From a virus, in IMG/VR virus record IMGVR_UViG_3300037010_001749, positions 21,896 through 85,895 of that record: a DNA stretch of 64,000 bases, one strand, 5' to 3'. A model generated the notes under the pieces. That model was not told the DNA's origin. It did not search any database and was given only the letters and a program-made list of their open reading frames with translations. Shown here piece after piece: positions 18,349 through 26,966 of this stretch; within the stretch, counting starts at the first letter, position 1; every line of letters starts with the position of its first letter. The translations under genes were made by a program, and so were the position numbers.

Positions 18349-18727
18349 TGGATGCCTCCGTCAAGGTGTCGCAGAGGCTGTCCAGCATGGAGACGAGGCC
18401 GTCCACTATGGGTTGGCGCATGCCCTTCTCGATCGCCTGCTTGGCCAGGTCGCGGGCAGATCCCAGCACGTCACTGGCCGCCTCGAGGCAGCCCAGGATC
18501 TCCTGCAGCCGGTCGTAGGTGTAGGCGCCCGGCGTGGTGTCCGCCATGGCCTCAGCGTCGTCGGCGATTGAAGAAAGGTCGACCTCGGCATCGCCGATCC
18601 GGTCATGGAGGTCCACGCAAAAGGACTTGTCCATCTCGTTGGTAAACGTGGCCTGCAGCAAGCTGCTCATGGCCCCACACTCAGTTTCGACAGCTAGGAT
18701 CTGGCCGCGGATGTCTTCGATGCTCAT
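18341..18727 (-). CDS. Acidic helical hypothetical protein
   Basis: AAGGA RBS. Confidence 0.65.
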   Translation of the reverse strand: MSIEDIRGQILAVETECGAMSSLLQATFTNEMDKSFCVDLHDRIGDAEVDLSSIADDAEAMADTTPGAYTYDRLQEILGCLEAASDVLGSARDLAKQAIEKGMRQPIVDGLVSMLDSLCDTLTEASNA

Positions 18728-18926
18728 GTAGATCCTTCAGTGAGCGTCGCCGCGTTCTTCGCGGCGAAGCAATTCCTTAACCTTGAGGAGGGAGTAGAGC
18801 CTGCGCCCTGGGTTGGACAGGACCAGGCTCGGTGCCAGACATCGTCTGGCCACCAGGCTCCGCAGAATCTCTGCGGGCTTGCCGACACGCTCCGCAATGT
18901 CGGCCAGGGTCATCTTCGGACCCGCG

Positions 18927-19148
18927 TCAACGCTTGCGGGTCTTGCTTTTGGGAGGTGGGTCACGGCGCAGCGTTTGCATGGCTTCGTATGCCCAGTCCG
19001 TGAACCATTGGAGGTTCCATTCCTGGGCCTGCTGAAAAGTCTGGTCGTCATCGAAGACCACTTCGAAGCCCGAGACGCTCTCGAACCATTGGCACCAGGC
19101 AACCTGATCTTCTGCCAATTCTGGGTAGACCGCTTTGTAGTCGATCAT
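18927..19148 (-). CDS. Hypothetical protein
   Basis: AGGAGG RBS. Confidence 0.65.
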   Translation of the reverse strand: MIDYKAVYPELAEDQVAWCQWFESVSGFEVVFDDDQTFQQAQEWNLQWFTDWAYEAMQTLRRDPPPKSKTRKR

Positions 19149-19354
19149 GGTGCCTCCTGGCTATTGGGGTTTTCCCTGGGCCACTGCGGAAACGAGGCCA
19201 CGAGCGTGCGCTCCACGCGGTAGACCTCGATCGGGCCATCGGCCTGGTATTGCATCAAGTAGCGGCCCATCTCGGCCATGGCCTCAGGCATCGTCGGGGC
19301 TTCAACCGCAGCAACAAGCTCCCCGTTGCAGTGCATCTCTGCTTCGTATCCCAT
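19145..19354 (-). CDS. Hypothetical protein
   Basis: TGATG coupling. Confidence 0.6.
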   Translation of the reverse strand: MGYEAEMHCNGELVAAVEAPTMPEAMAEMGRYLMQYQADGPIEVYRVERTLVASFPQWPRENPNSQEAP

Positions 19355-19612
19355 CAGTGCACCTTCTCCACAGTCCAGCCGCCAAAGCGTTGGTCTTCTT
19401 TCACCACGATCGGCATATCCTTGTATCGAGCGTAGGCCAGGATCACCCACAAGGTTCCGCCGGTGGCACTGAGGTAGTAGCCGTCTTTCTCGAACTGCCT
19501 GGCCAGCTTCTTCGCTGTGGCCCGGCGTAGCGGGATGGGCCGGCCCATCGTCGGCCACTCTGGCCGGGGTTCGATCACGTGGCGCCCGTCGCCCTCGACG
19601 ACGTAGGCAGCA

Positions 19613-19834
19613 TCACTTGTCTTCGAACAGCTTCTCGACATGGGTCAAATTACTCCACCGATTTTCGTCAGGCTGCCATTGCAAGCAAGAGCAGCTGAAC
19701 CCGTTGAGATGCTCACGCATGACCCAGCGAAAGCCGTCGCCTGTATCCTGGTATACCGTGCGCAGGACGCGCCCAATGCTCACGGGAGCCGGAGTGCCTT
19801 CAGGCATGCCTGGGTTCTCCAAATTCACTTCCAT
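19613..19834 (-). CDS. Hypothetical protein
   Basis: TAAGGAG RBS. Confidence 0.6.
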   Translation of the reverse strand: MEVNLENPGMPEGTPAPVSIGRVLRTVYQDTGDGFRWVMREHLNGFSCSCLQWQPDENRWSNLTHVEKLFEDK

Positions 19835-19836
19835 GC

Positions 19837-20586
19837 CTACTCCTTAGCCCTAGAGAAAAGCCTGGGCGCCGCAAACTTGCGCGCCTTCCGCCCGTGGACT
19901 GTGATGACCACTGAGGCCCTATTGCTTCGGCCGTCGGCCGTGCCGTTGCATGCACCGCACGCGATGCACGTGAGGCGCTTGCCCGCCTCTTCGCTGGCCG
20001 GGCAGACCATCTCACGCACTCCGGCCCCAGCCTTGGGCGTGCGCACACGGAAGTAACGCAGCCCCAGAGTCTGGGCCAGCGTAGCTTCAGCATCGCTGTC
20101 GACGCTGGCCATGCAGAGTTCGGTGACACCTTGCCACTGCTCCAGGGGCAAGTCTCTGTTCTGCCACTGGTGCGTGTAGCCTGTGTGGCCTGCGGCCTTG
20201 GACACCAGGGCCTGCCAGACCCTGGCAGGCACAGCCATCGGGTCCCCATAGGAGCCCAGGCGGACCATTCGGCCCTCACCCAGCACCGAGGGGTCTTCGT
20301 GCAGAGGGTAGCCGCCGCGGCGCCACTTCTTGTAGACCACGGCAGGCCCACGGTCTACCAGCACATAGCAGGCACCGCCGCGGCTGGGGCGCCAGGCACA
20401 CTCTCCGCACACAGAGACATCTGCGCCCGAGGCTACAGCCTCAGCCGGGTGCATGTCCTGGCGCAGGATGTATGTCTGCACCATGTTGCCTGTCTTCACG
20501 TTGGCGCTCGCCTTCAGGGCAATGGCCATGATGGGCGCCGCGTCAAGCAGCGACGCCCCTTGCCAGATGACGTGGCCCGTCGTCAT
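19837..20586 (-). CDS. Conserved Cys-rich phage protein (GP88-like, possible Fe-S protein)
   Basis: N.KTG.MVQT.I, CGEC...CYV, RLGSYGDP, TGYTHQW, SVDS, CPA...C..C..C. Confidence 0.7.
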   Translation of the reverse strand: MTTGHVIWQGASLLDAAPIMAIALKASANVKTGNMVQTYILRQDMHPAEAVASGADVSVCGECAWRPSRGGACYVLVDRGPAVVYKKWRRGGYPLHEDPSVLGEGRMVRLGSYGDPMAVPARVWQALVSKAAGHTGYTHQWQNRDLPLEQWQGVTELCMASVDSDAEATLAQTLGLRYFRVRTPKAGAGVREMVCPASEEAGKRLTCIACGACNGTADGRSNRASVVITVHGRKARKFAAPRLFSRAKE

Positions 20587-21167
20587 GTGGGTTCGTCGGC
20601 GAGCCAGCTTCGCGGCACGCAGTAGCATGCAACCATACCGCCTATAGTCGGCATCTCTTCGCCTTCCAAGTAGAAACCCCCATCGAGGTCAGCCGCCCCG
20701 GGCACGTAGGGACTGCAGGCCCTGTTGGCATGACCGGCTGGCCCGGCGAACACCCACAGCAGCGGCGCACCACCCAACCAGTCAATCCGATAGTTGACGC
20801 CGTCATAGACGCCTTCGATGATCGGCTCGCTGATATCGATGTTGTCTCGCCGGCGCTCGACGTGTTCCTCGACAAAGGCATCCTTGTCCGGCTCCTGATT
20901 CTTGAACCCGAACCAGTTTTGCTGGAAGATCTCGGAGTCGAAGCCCACCTCTCGGTCAGCGCCGCTCTCAGCGGCGCTAATGCAGCACTCCTCCGTCAAG
21001 GCTTCGTATTCGCCCTCGGCCTCGGCCACCAGTTCAGTGACGGCCGCCTCGTAGCTGACGTCCTTGGCGTGCTGGCCATAGAACAGGTCATCCAGGCACC
21101 AGGGCTGTAACGAGTTGAAAGAGATCACGCCGTAGGCGAGACCAGTGGTGGGGTTGTAGTCGGGCAT
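20583..21167 (-). CDS. Acidic hypothetical protein
   Basis: TAAGGAG RBS; CSPYVPGAADLD motif. Confidence 0.75.
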   Translation of the reverse strand: MPDYNPTTGLAYGVISFNSLQPWCLDDLFYGQHAKDVSYEAAVTELVAEAEGEYEALTEECCISAAESGADREVGFDSEIFQQNWFGFKNQEPDKDAFVEEHVERRRDNIDISEPIIEGVYDGVNYRIDWLGGAPLLWVFAGPAGHANRACSPYVPGAADLDGGFYLEGEEMPTIGGMVACYCVPRSWLADEPT

Positions 21168-21314
21168 CGTTGCTCCTTAGGGCTAGGTACGCTCACACCT
21201 CAAGCCACCACGCGGCCCGAGGCTGAGAAGAAATATGTCAAGCAAAACTTGTCATCTTCGAGCCGCGCAACCGCCGGATGTGCAGCCACTCGCCGTCTGT
21301 GAGACTGCGTAGCT

Positions 21315-21521
21315 TCACAGCGTCACCCGCTCAGCCAGCGCCTGGCTGATCTCACCATTCCGGGACAAGCTGTCGACGTAGTCCGAGAAGGCGCAGCGTG
21401 TGTCGGTCACGTGCATGGTGCCGTTGCCGCTGTAGTCGGGGGTCTTTTTGCGCTCCGCGTCGGGGTGCGCTTCCCAAAAGGCAGCGCGAACCTCACGCTG
21501 CGCGGTGTAGGTAGGCTTCAC
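21315..21521 (-). CDS. Conserved small phage protein
   Basis: VR.AFW...DTRCAF.DYVDSL.R.G.IS..LA..VTL. Confidence 0.7.
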   Translation of the reverse strand: MKPTYTAQREVRAAFWEAHPDAERKKTPDYSGNGTMHVTDTRCAFSDYVDSLSRNGEISQALAERVTL

Positions 21522-21603
21522 AGCGGGTAGCCCACCCGCTTCACGACCTTGCAGTTCACCACCTCGACCGTGTCTCCGACACGGATGACACCCTCCCGCC
21601 GGC

Positions 21604-21822
21604 TCATACCAGGTTCAAGGTAGTGACCCACCAACTGTTGCAAGCCAGGTAGGCGTCGTAATCCTGGTAGAGATCCTTGGTGCCTTCGTAGTGGCTCACG
21701 CGGAGCCGGTACAGCTGCCGCTCCGCGTGGAGGTTTGCGTTACCGTGGTCCACCAGCACAGCCGCGACGCACTCGCTGTTGTTCTTGATGACGATGACCT
21801 GTGTAGCTGCGTTGGGGCTCAT
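21604..21822 (-). CDS. Hypothetical protein
   Basis: ATGA coupling. Confidence 0.55.
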   Translation of the reverse strand: MSPNAATQVIVIKNNSECVAAVLVDHGNANLHAERQLYRLRVSHYEGTKDLYQDYDAYLACNSWWVTTLNLV

Positions 21823-22115
21823 GCTTCGAACCCCGCCTGGAAGCCGAAGTAGGCGATGTCCACGTGGCCACGGCTGCAGAAGACCATGTCGAAGTCGCAG
21901 GGATTGACGAGGCCTTCGATGTACCCCTGCGCCTTCCGGTCTTCGCGCCAGGCTTTGGCCACTTCAGCCCGCGCCTTCTTCAGTGCAGCCAAGGCCTCGG
22001 TGTAGTTGTCGCCAGCCGGCACAGACACCAGTGCCACATGGAAGGGCCAGGCGTGCACCCAGTCGGGCGGGAACCTGTAGTGGAGCACCACCGTCCAGGG
22101 CTTGCTGGCCCTCAC
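21819..22115 (-). CDS. Hypothetical protein
   Basis: GTGA coupling. Confidence 0.55.
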   Translation of the reverse strand: MRASKPWTVVLHYRFPPDWVHAWPFHVALVSVPAGDNYTEALAALKKARAEVAKAWREDRKAQGYIEGLVNPCDFDMVFCSRGHVDIAYFGFQAGFEA

Positions 22116-22305
22116 GACAGCGTCTCCGACTTAGCCTCTTCACCCAGGGCGCGCAACGTGGTGGCCAGCAAGGTACTGGCACGGATCGGGCTCATGCCCG
22201 AGGCGATGAGCAGGCGCTTCGCGTCCTGCATGGCCTGCAGCCCCTGTAGATTGGTCTGGCGCACGGCACTGCTGAAGGTGCGGATGATTTCGTGTTCGAT
22301 ATCGT

Positions 22306-22542
22306 TCAAACGTCTTCCTTAGGGTTGGGGAAAGGCTTGCGCTCCAAGGGGAACGAGGCTAGTCGGATCTGGCCCATGCCCTTGCGAATGTAAATATGCT
22401 GGCGGTGATCAAAACGAAAGGCCAGCATGTCACTGGCCAGGTTGGCCTTCAGGATCGCCAAGTCTTCGGTGTGATAGAACGCCCATCGGGCGGCCTTGAT
22501 GGCGCGGCCAAGGTCGCGCCAGGTCTAGCGCAGCGGGGTCAC
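22306..22542 (-). pseudogene. Small ORF with an in-frame TAG at codon 6
   Basis: Coupled GTG start, TAG at 22525-22527, frame open afterwards to TGA at 22306. Confidence 0.45.
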
Positions 22543-22700
22543 CCCACCACCGCCATGTCGCGCTCGCAAGTATTGAACTCCAGCCCGTGCTCCACGGCTA
22601 GGTCTTCGGCCTTCTGCAGAGCATCCTGCTCCGACTCGGCTTCGATTTCCACCATCGTGGCGTACGTCTCCGTGACGGCCACTTTGTACATTTTGGTCAT
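22539..22700 (-). CDS. Small acidic protein, 53 aa
   Basis: MTKMYKVAVTETYATMVEIEAESEQDALQKA. Confidence 0.6.
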   Translation of the reverse strand: MTKMYKVAVTETYATMVEIEAESEQDALQKAEDLAVEHGLEFNTCERDMAVVG

Positions 22701-22715
22701 GCTATTGTCTCTAGA

Positions 22716-22733
22716 TTAGCTCGAACGTTATGC
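22716..22733 (+). other. Truncated attC (L'/R' half), left edge of the array
   Basis: TTAGCTCGAAC GTTATGC; 22716-22737 is identical to 25019-25040. Confidence 0.8.
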
Positions 22734-22849
22734 GCCTGTCTCGGAATGGGTGAGCTTCACCGCATGCCAAGTGCCTAAAACCTCGTCTGCCGCCGTCAGC
22801 CAGTCTTGCGGCAGCGGGTGCGCTTCAGCAGGGCCAGCGCAGCGGCACC

Positions 22850-23563
22850 CTACTCCACCGGGTTCACTGCGCTTCGCGCAATCTCAATGAGCAAGTCTCG
22901 GAACTCAGGCGGTGTACCGTTGCGGATCGCAGTCTTATCCTTGCCGCCCACCATCGCCATCATTCCAATGCGCCGCGCTTTCGCGTATCCGGGCAACTCC
23001 ACGGCGCGCGGGTGTAGCCGCTGCGGTGTCTTGCCCCAGCGCAGTTCGGGCAGCAGGCGCTTTTGCACGCCAGCCACAAGCAGCCATGTTCCTTTGCCGG
23101 CAAGGTGCCCGTAGTGGCCTTGGTACACGCAGCACGTCCACAAGCCTGGCGCGGCCTCAACCCACCCACCTTTGCGCGGCGGCTTCTTCAGCCTGAAGTA
23201 CGCCCACGCATGCGAGTCCATCGGGTGTTCAAGCACGCCACCGTTCAGACGCAGCGCCGCCAGTGCGGTAGCAAAACACCCATCGTCGGCGCCCAGCTTG
23301 TACTGGTGCGGCTTGCGCGTGCTGCCGTGCCAGAACCTGCCCCAGCGCTGGCAGGGCAGGTGCGCCACTACCGGGTGCGGGCCTGCATAGGTACGGGCAT
23401 CGCGGGCTTGGTCCCACGGGTCAACGCCCGGCACGCCTACATAGCAGCCCTTCGGCTCAACGTAGAGGGCCGCCACCGTACGGAAGCTCTCCACCTGGCG
23501 CATAACCCCTCGCACAAGCTGAGAGCCAACGGCGGGTGTAATGGGTGCTTCAGGTTTGGTCAT
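22850..23563 (-). CDS. Cassette ORF: divergent C5 DNA methyltransferase-like protein
   Basis: VAALYV..., VVAHLPCQRWG (PC motif), VLEHP; start codon inside attC. Confidence 0.55.
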   Translation of the reverse strand: MTKPEAPITPAVGSQLVRGVMRQVESFRTVAALYVEPKGCYVGVPGVDPWDQARDARTYAGPHPVVAHLPCQRWGRFWHGSTRKPHQYKLGADDGCFATALAALRLNGGVLEHPMDSHAWAYFRLKKPPRKGGWVEAAPGLWTCCVYQGHYGHLAGKGTWLLVAGVQKRLLPELRWGKTPQRLHPRAVELPGYAKARRIGMMAMVGGKDKTAIRNGTPPEFRDLLIEIARSAVNPVE

Positions 23564-23596
23564 GCCGTTGGTTCCAGCTTTGCTTGGTCATTAGGC
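23500..23596 (+). other. attC type A (97 bp), R' core mutated GTT>ATT
   Basis: GCATAAC CCCTC GCACAAGC...GCTTTGC TTGGTC ATTAGGC. Confidence 0.85.
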
Positions 23597-23784
23597 GGCT
23601 TGCGCAACTCGAACATCACAACCCGCCGCAGACCCAGGCGCCGCAGGTAGTCGGCGCTCGGGTTCACCTTCTCGCCATCACGCAGCCGCGACAGGTAGCC
23701 GCAGTCAATCTCGGTCACGCGGGCCACGGCGCGCAGGCTGCCGTGCTGCGAGACGAGTTGGTCAATGCGCTCTGCCAGCGTCAT
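23560..23784 (-). CDS. Cassette ORF: XRE-like HTH protein
   Basis: GSLRAVARVTEIDCGYLSRLRDGEKVNPS. Confidence 0.8.
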   Translation of the reverse strand: MTLAERIDQLVSQHGSLRAVARVTEIDCGYLSRLRDGEKVNPSADYLRRLGLRRVVMFELRKPPNDQAKLEPTA

Positions 23785-24125
23785 GACTGATACCCGGCCA
23801 GCGCGTTGGCTAGCGCGGCATCCGCTTCGCCGAGAAAATCGTCCGGCACAATGAACGACACCCACGCGGGAGCGTTCGGCGTTGCTGGATGCCTCGCGTA
23901 TTGCAAGAGCGTCGCAAGCAGCACGGCACAGCGCTTCGGCGCAGCCCGCACCAGCACTGCAAACCGCTCCAGGTGCTCCTGCGTCACGCCGTGGCAGCCT
24001 TCGCTGTACACGCACGAACCGCTGCCGTGGTTCAGCACGTTCACCATTCCAGCAGCCTCCACCAGCGGGCCTAACCCCTCTGTCGAGCCGAGTGCCAACG
24101 GCTGGCTGGTTTTGGTAGTGTTCAT
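23781..24125 (-). CDS. Cassette ORF: hypothetical protein
   Basis: AAGGAG RBS and ATG lie in the attC loop. Confidence 0.75.
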   Translation of the reverse strand: MNTTKTSQPLALGSTEGLGPLVEAAGMVNVLNHGSGSCVYSEGCHGVTQEHLERFAVLVRAAPKRCAVLLATLLQYARHPATPNAPAWVSFIVPDDFLGEADAALANALAGYQS

Positions 24126-24173
24126 CGTTGCTTCTCCTTGGCCGTTGTCACCGGCTCAACTCCAACGTTAGGC
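24069..24173 (+). other. attC type B (105 bp)
   Basis: GCCTAAC CCCTC TGTCGAGC...GCTCAAC TCCAAC GTTAGGC. Confidence 0.9.
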
Positions 24174-24174
24174 C

Positions 24175-24468
24175 TCACACCAGCCACGATGCAGCGGCAG
24201 CTTGGCGAGAGGCTGTGTCGCGTGCCTTGATGCCCGCCAACAAGTCGGCGGCCAGCAGCGGGTATTCGGCGGCGCACGATTCTACGTATGCGCGCAGGGC
24301 CGCCGCAGCGTGCTTATCATGCGTCAGGTCCAGCACAAAGTAAACGCAGCCGCAGTGCTTGCCGCCCGGCGCGCTACTGCCGTCCGTTCGCGTCACGTTG
24401 AATCTGCTGTACAGCCCACGATTCCTGTCACAGGGCATTGGCTCGCCGCACAGTTCACACTTGCTCAT
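24175..24468 (-). CDS. Cassette ORF: conserved phage protein (alternative GTG start at 24549 within attC)
   Basis: GLY..F.V.RTDG....GGKH..C.YFVLDL.HD.HA..AL.AY. Confidence 0.8.
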   Translation of the reverse strand: MSKCELCGEPMPCDRNRGLYSRFNVTRTDGSSAPGGKHCGCVYFVLDLTHDKHAAAALRAYVESCAAEYPLLAADLLAGIKARDTASRQAAAASWLV

Positions 24469-24491
24469 GCTTTTCCTCGCTCCGGCACCAG

Positions 24492-24592
24492 GCCGAACCA
24501 TTCGCACAAGCTGCGCCCCAACGGCGGGGCACAGCAACTCGGTAGGCACCGCCTGCGCGGCCGTTGGTGCCAGCTTTCCTCAATCGTTAGCC
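24492..24592 (+). other. attC (101 bp)
   Basis: GCCGAAC CATTC GCACAAGC...GCTTTCC TCAATC GTTAGCC. Confidence 0.88.
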
Positions 24593-24605
24593 AGCGCCAA
24601 AACCA

Positions 24606-24926
24606 TCACGCCGGCTCGTAGGTGGCTGCGAAGATGTCCGGTTTGCATGGATAGTGCTCGCCGGCCACGCCGCGAATGATCCAGTCGCCTGGGCTAGCGA
24701 CATGCTGGCCTTCAAGCGTCGGAACCATGATGTTGTTGTTGTGCCATTGCGCCAGCTCGCGCCCGATGGCGTGCTGTCCCTCGTTGATCCAGAGAATCAG
24801 CGCATAGCTACTTCCGTCGTTGCGGAACTGGCGTGCTTCAATCACGATAGGTTTCTTCCTGAAGCGCGTTGTCTGTTCGGTTGTTGCCGCGTCCAGCTCA
24901 TGGCCGGCGCTGAGAAATGTTTGCAT
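24606..24926 (-). CDS. Cassette ORF: PGDYG-like conserved phage protein
   Basis: FRKKP.VIEA.QF...TLEG...ASPGDWIIRGV.GE.YPCKPDIF..TYE. Confidence 0.85.
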   Translation of the reverse strand: MQTFLSAGHELDAATTEQTTRFRKKPIVIEARQFRNDGSSYALILWINEGQHAIGRELAQWHNNNIMVPTLEGQHVASPGDWIIRGVAGEHYPCKPDIFAATYEPA

Positions 24927-24966
24927 GACGGTTCCTTCTGTGTTGTGCCAGCATGGGTCGGGCGCT

Positions 24967-25036
24967 GGCTAACCCCTCGCTCAAGCGGATTTGCCACGGA
25001 GTACCATGTCAAACGCGCTTAGCTCGAACGTTATGC
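24967..25036 (+). other. attC type C (70 bp)
   Basis: GGCTAAC CCCTC GCTCAAGC...GCTTAGC TCGAAC GTTATGC; canonical extra base in L''. Confidence 0.93.
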
Positions 25037-25635
25037 GCCTTGAGGCACGCCACCATTTGCCGCGCCGACTGTCTCGCGTCCATCAACGGGTGGTGCGCCG
25101 GTAGTTCGTCCGGCAAGCGCTCGGTCAGTTCCAGCGCGTTGCCGCCCAGCGCCAGGATCACGCTTGCCAAGTCGTGCAGCGGGTACGGGCCTTGCCACTC
25201 GCGCTCGGCGTGGTTCAGCTTCACGCACGCGCTCAGAAAGTTGGCTTCCACCGGCCAAGCGCAGTCAGCCACCAGCACCGCGCCCTGGTCGGCCCAGCTT
25301 CGCCACTCATGCCAAAAGTGGTTCCGCAGGTGCTGCTTCGTTGGGCTTGTCACCGGCAGCGCCGGCACATGCTCGCCCACCCACAGCCGGCTTTCGGCGG
25401 TGCCGGTGCAGTCGGCGGGGTCGCAAGCAATGCAGCCTTCGTCCAGCCGCTCGCCTTCTCGGTTCACCACTACCCAGGCCACTGCAAAGCCCTCGCCATG
25501 CAGGCCAATGCTTTCCACGTCAAACACCATAAATTTGTCCATCACCATCCTCTCGTTTCTCGCTGCAGGCGCCGTAACACCTCGCACAAGCTGAGAGCCA
25601 ACGGCGGGTGTAGTGGGTGCTTCAGGTTTGGTCAT
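25009..25635 (-). CDS. Cassette ORF: DEDD 3'-5' exonuclease-like protein
   Basis: VFDVESIG...HHPLMDARQS; starts and stops inside attC sites. Confidence 0.75.
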   Translation of the reverse strand: MTKPEAPTTPAVGSQLVRGVTAPAARNERMVMDKFMVFDVESIGLHGEGFAVAWVVVNREGERLDEGCIACDPADCTGTAESRLWVGEHVPALPVTSPTKQHLRNHFWHEWRSWADQGAVLVADCAWPVEANFLSACVKLNHAEREWQGPYPLHDLASVILALGGNALELTERLPDELPAHHPLMDARQSARQMVACLKAHNVRAKRV

Positions 25636-25668
25636 GCCGTTGGCTCCAGCTTTGCTCGATCGTTAGGC
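25572..25668 (+). other. attC type A (97 bp)
   Basis: Near-identical to 23500-23596; ends GTTAGGC. Confidence 0.9.
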
Positions 25669-25968
25669 GCTTACCGCAGGGCCAGCAGGCAGCGGCATCC
25701 AGTGCGTCACACGTCTCACCAGCGCTGGCGGCAGCGGCCAGTTGTGCTGGTCCACCTCCCACCGAGGGCCCTCACCAGTAAGCCGGAACTTCGTGATGTG
25801 CGCGTGTCCAGGAGTCAGCCGGTCAAAGACCCCGCGGCGCCACACCAGCACGGTGGCGTTGTGACTGGGCAAGCGCTCGCCAGTCGGCACCCACGCGCAT
25901 AACCCCTCACTGCAACCGAGCCCCAACGGCTGGCCCGTGCTGCTGTCATCGGTAGTTTCAGTGGTCAT
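25663..25968 (-). CDS. Cassette ORF: DUF551-like protein
   Basis: W.P..ERLP...VLV...VTHWMPLP..P. Confidence 0.85.
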   Translation of the reverse strand: MTTETTDDSSTGQPLGLGCSEGLCAWVPTGERLPSHNATVLVWRRGVFDRLTPGHAHITKFRLTGEGPRWEVDQHNWPLPPALVRRVTHWMPLPAGPAVSA

Positions 25969-26016
25969 CGTGTTTCCTCTCGTGCCGTTGTGTCCGGCTC
26001 ACCTCGAACGTTAGGG
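25897..26016 (+). other. attC (120 bp)
   Basis: GCATAAC CCCTC ACTGCAAC...GCTCACC TCGAAC GTTAGGG. Confidence 0.85.
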
Positions 26017-26184
26017 CGCAGGGCCACGCTTGCGGTTCTCGCGGCGCTGCAACTTCGCTTCCAGCGCCCTGACCTCTGGCACGTACTCCGGGCGCACATG
26101 CACTGTCACCGCAGTGCGCCCGGATTCCTTGTGGCGCTGCCGCTCGTCGGCCTTGCGCTCTGCTGCTGTTTTCGCTGGGCTCAT
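26011..26184 (-). CDS. Cassette ORF: 57-aa basic protein, possible DNA-binding or antitoxin-like
   Basis: MSPAKTAAERKADERQRHKESGRTAVTVHVRPE...; ATGA-coupled; stop is the TAA in the R' site. Confidence 0.7.
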   Translation of the reverse strand: MSPAKTAAERKADERQRHKESGRTAVTVHVRPEYVPEVRALEAKLQRRENRKRGPAP

Positions 26185-26423
26185 GCCAGCGTGGCGCCGG
26201 CCGCTAGGTAGTGCGCCAGCTCGCTGTCCGGGATCGAAACGAACCTGTAGCCCATGCGGTGCGCAGTGGAGCCATCAGGAATGGTCACAACGCTGAACGG
26301 CTCACCCTTCATTTCGGCAATCTGCTTTGCGTAGGCACGCACTGGCTCGGCCTGCGAGTGGATCGGTTCCACTTGCAGGGCTGCGCGCTGGCGCTTCAGT
26401 GTCTTGGTCATCTCAGCTTGCAT
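26181..26423 (-). CDS. Cassette ORF: hypothetical protein
   Basis: AAGGAG RBS downstream of the cassette promoter. Confidence 0.7.
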   Translation of the reverse strand: MQAEMTKTLKRQRAALQVEPIHSQAEPVRAYAKQIAEMKGEPFSVVTIPDGSTAHRMGYRFVSIPDSELAHYLAAGATLA

Positions 26424-26462
26424 CTCTTGCTCCTTCTGCTGCACTGTAGCCGCAGTGGCTAC

Positions 26463-26491
26463 AGTATCGCTCATCGTGACACGTCACGCAA
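26463..26491 (-). promoter_or_regulatory. Sigma70-like promoter with overlapping palindromic operator inside a cassette
   Basis: TTGCGT-17bp-GATACT; CGTGAC-GT-GTCACG dyad overlaps the -35 and spacer. Confidence 0.7.
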
Positions 26492-26506
26492 GCATTCTCG
26501 CGTGCG

Positions 26507-26612
26507 CCCTAACCCCTCGTTGCAACCGAGCCCCAACAGGCTGCGGTCAGTTGTGGCCTTTCGGCCTGCTTATGCACGGCCTGTTGGGGCCGGCTGAACT
26601 CGAACGTTAGGC
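26507..26612 (+). other. attC type D (106 bp)
   Basis: CCCTAAC CCCTC GTTGCAAC...GCTGAAC TCGAAC GTTAGGC. Confidence 0.92.
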
Positions 26613-26911
26613 CCTTCAATGCCGCGAGCAATCTTGCTGGCGGCATTCCGCGCGTTCACCGTCACGCCGTCAGCGTGCGTCTCGCCCCAGCGGCGGGCAA
26701 TGGCGGCGCAGCGTGCGCGCTCGGCGGCCACGGCCTTGTCAATGCGCCACTGCACATGCGCCGGGCTTGACCAATGGCCGCACTCGGCGGGGTCATCGTT
26801 TGTGCCGCAGATTGTCATGGTCAGGTATTGGCCCTCGCGCTGCGGTGGCAGCGGGCCTAACCCCTCTGTCGAGCCGAGTGCCAACGGCTGGCTGGTTTTG
26901 GTAGTGTTCAT
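26570..26911 (-). CDS. Cassette ORF: hypothetical phage protein
   Basis: AVAAERARCAAIA motif; starts and stops in attC sites. Confidence 0.75.
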   Translation of the reverse strand: MNTTKTSQPLALGSTEGLGPLPPQREGQYLTMTICGTNDDPAECGHWSSPAHVQWRIDKAVAAERARCAAIARRWGETHADGVTVNARNAASKIARGIEGPNVRVQPAPTGRA

Positions 26912-26959
26912 CGTTGCTTCTCCTTGGCCGTTGTCACCGGCTCACATCGATCGTTCGGT
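26855..26959 (+). other. attC type B (105 bp)
   Basis: Near-identical to 24069-24173; ends GTTCGGT. Confidence 0.88.
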
Positions 26960-26966
26960 GTGTTGC

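Noticed and set aside
21190-21300. Promoter or ncRNA in the intergenic gap
   Set aside because: TTGACA without a -10 and only weak hairpins; insufficient support
22525-22527. Genome-wide TAG recoding
   Set aside because: Large genes are intact under code 11 and several end in TAG
24985-25013. TTGACA promoter in the type C attC loop (minus strand)
   Set aside because: No acceptable -10 at 16-18 bp, and the second copy reads TTGACT
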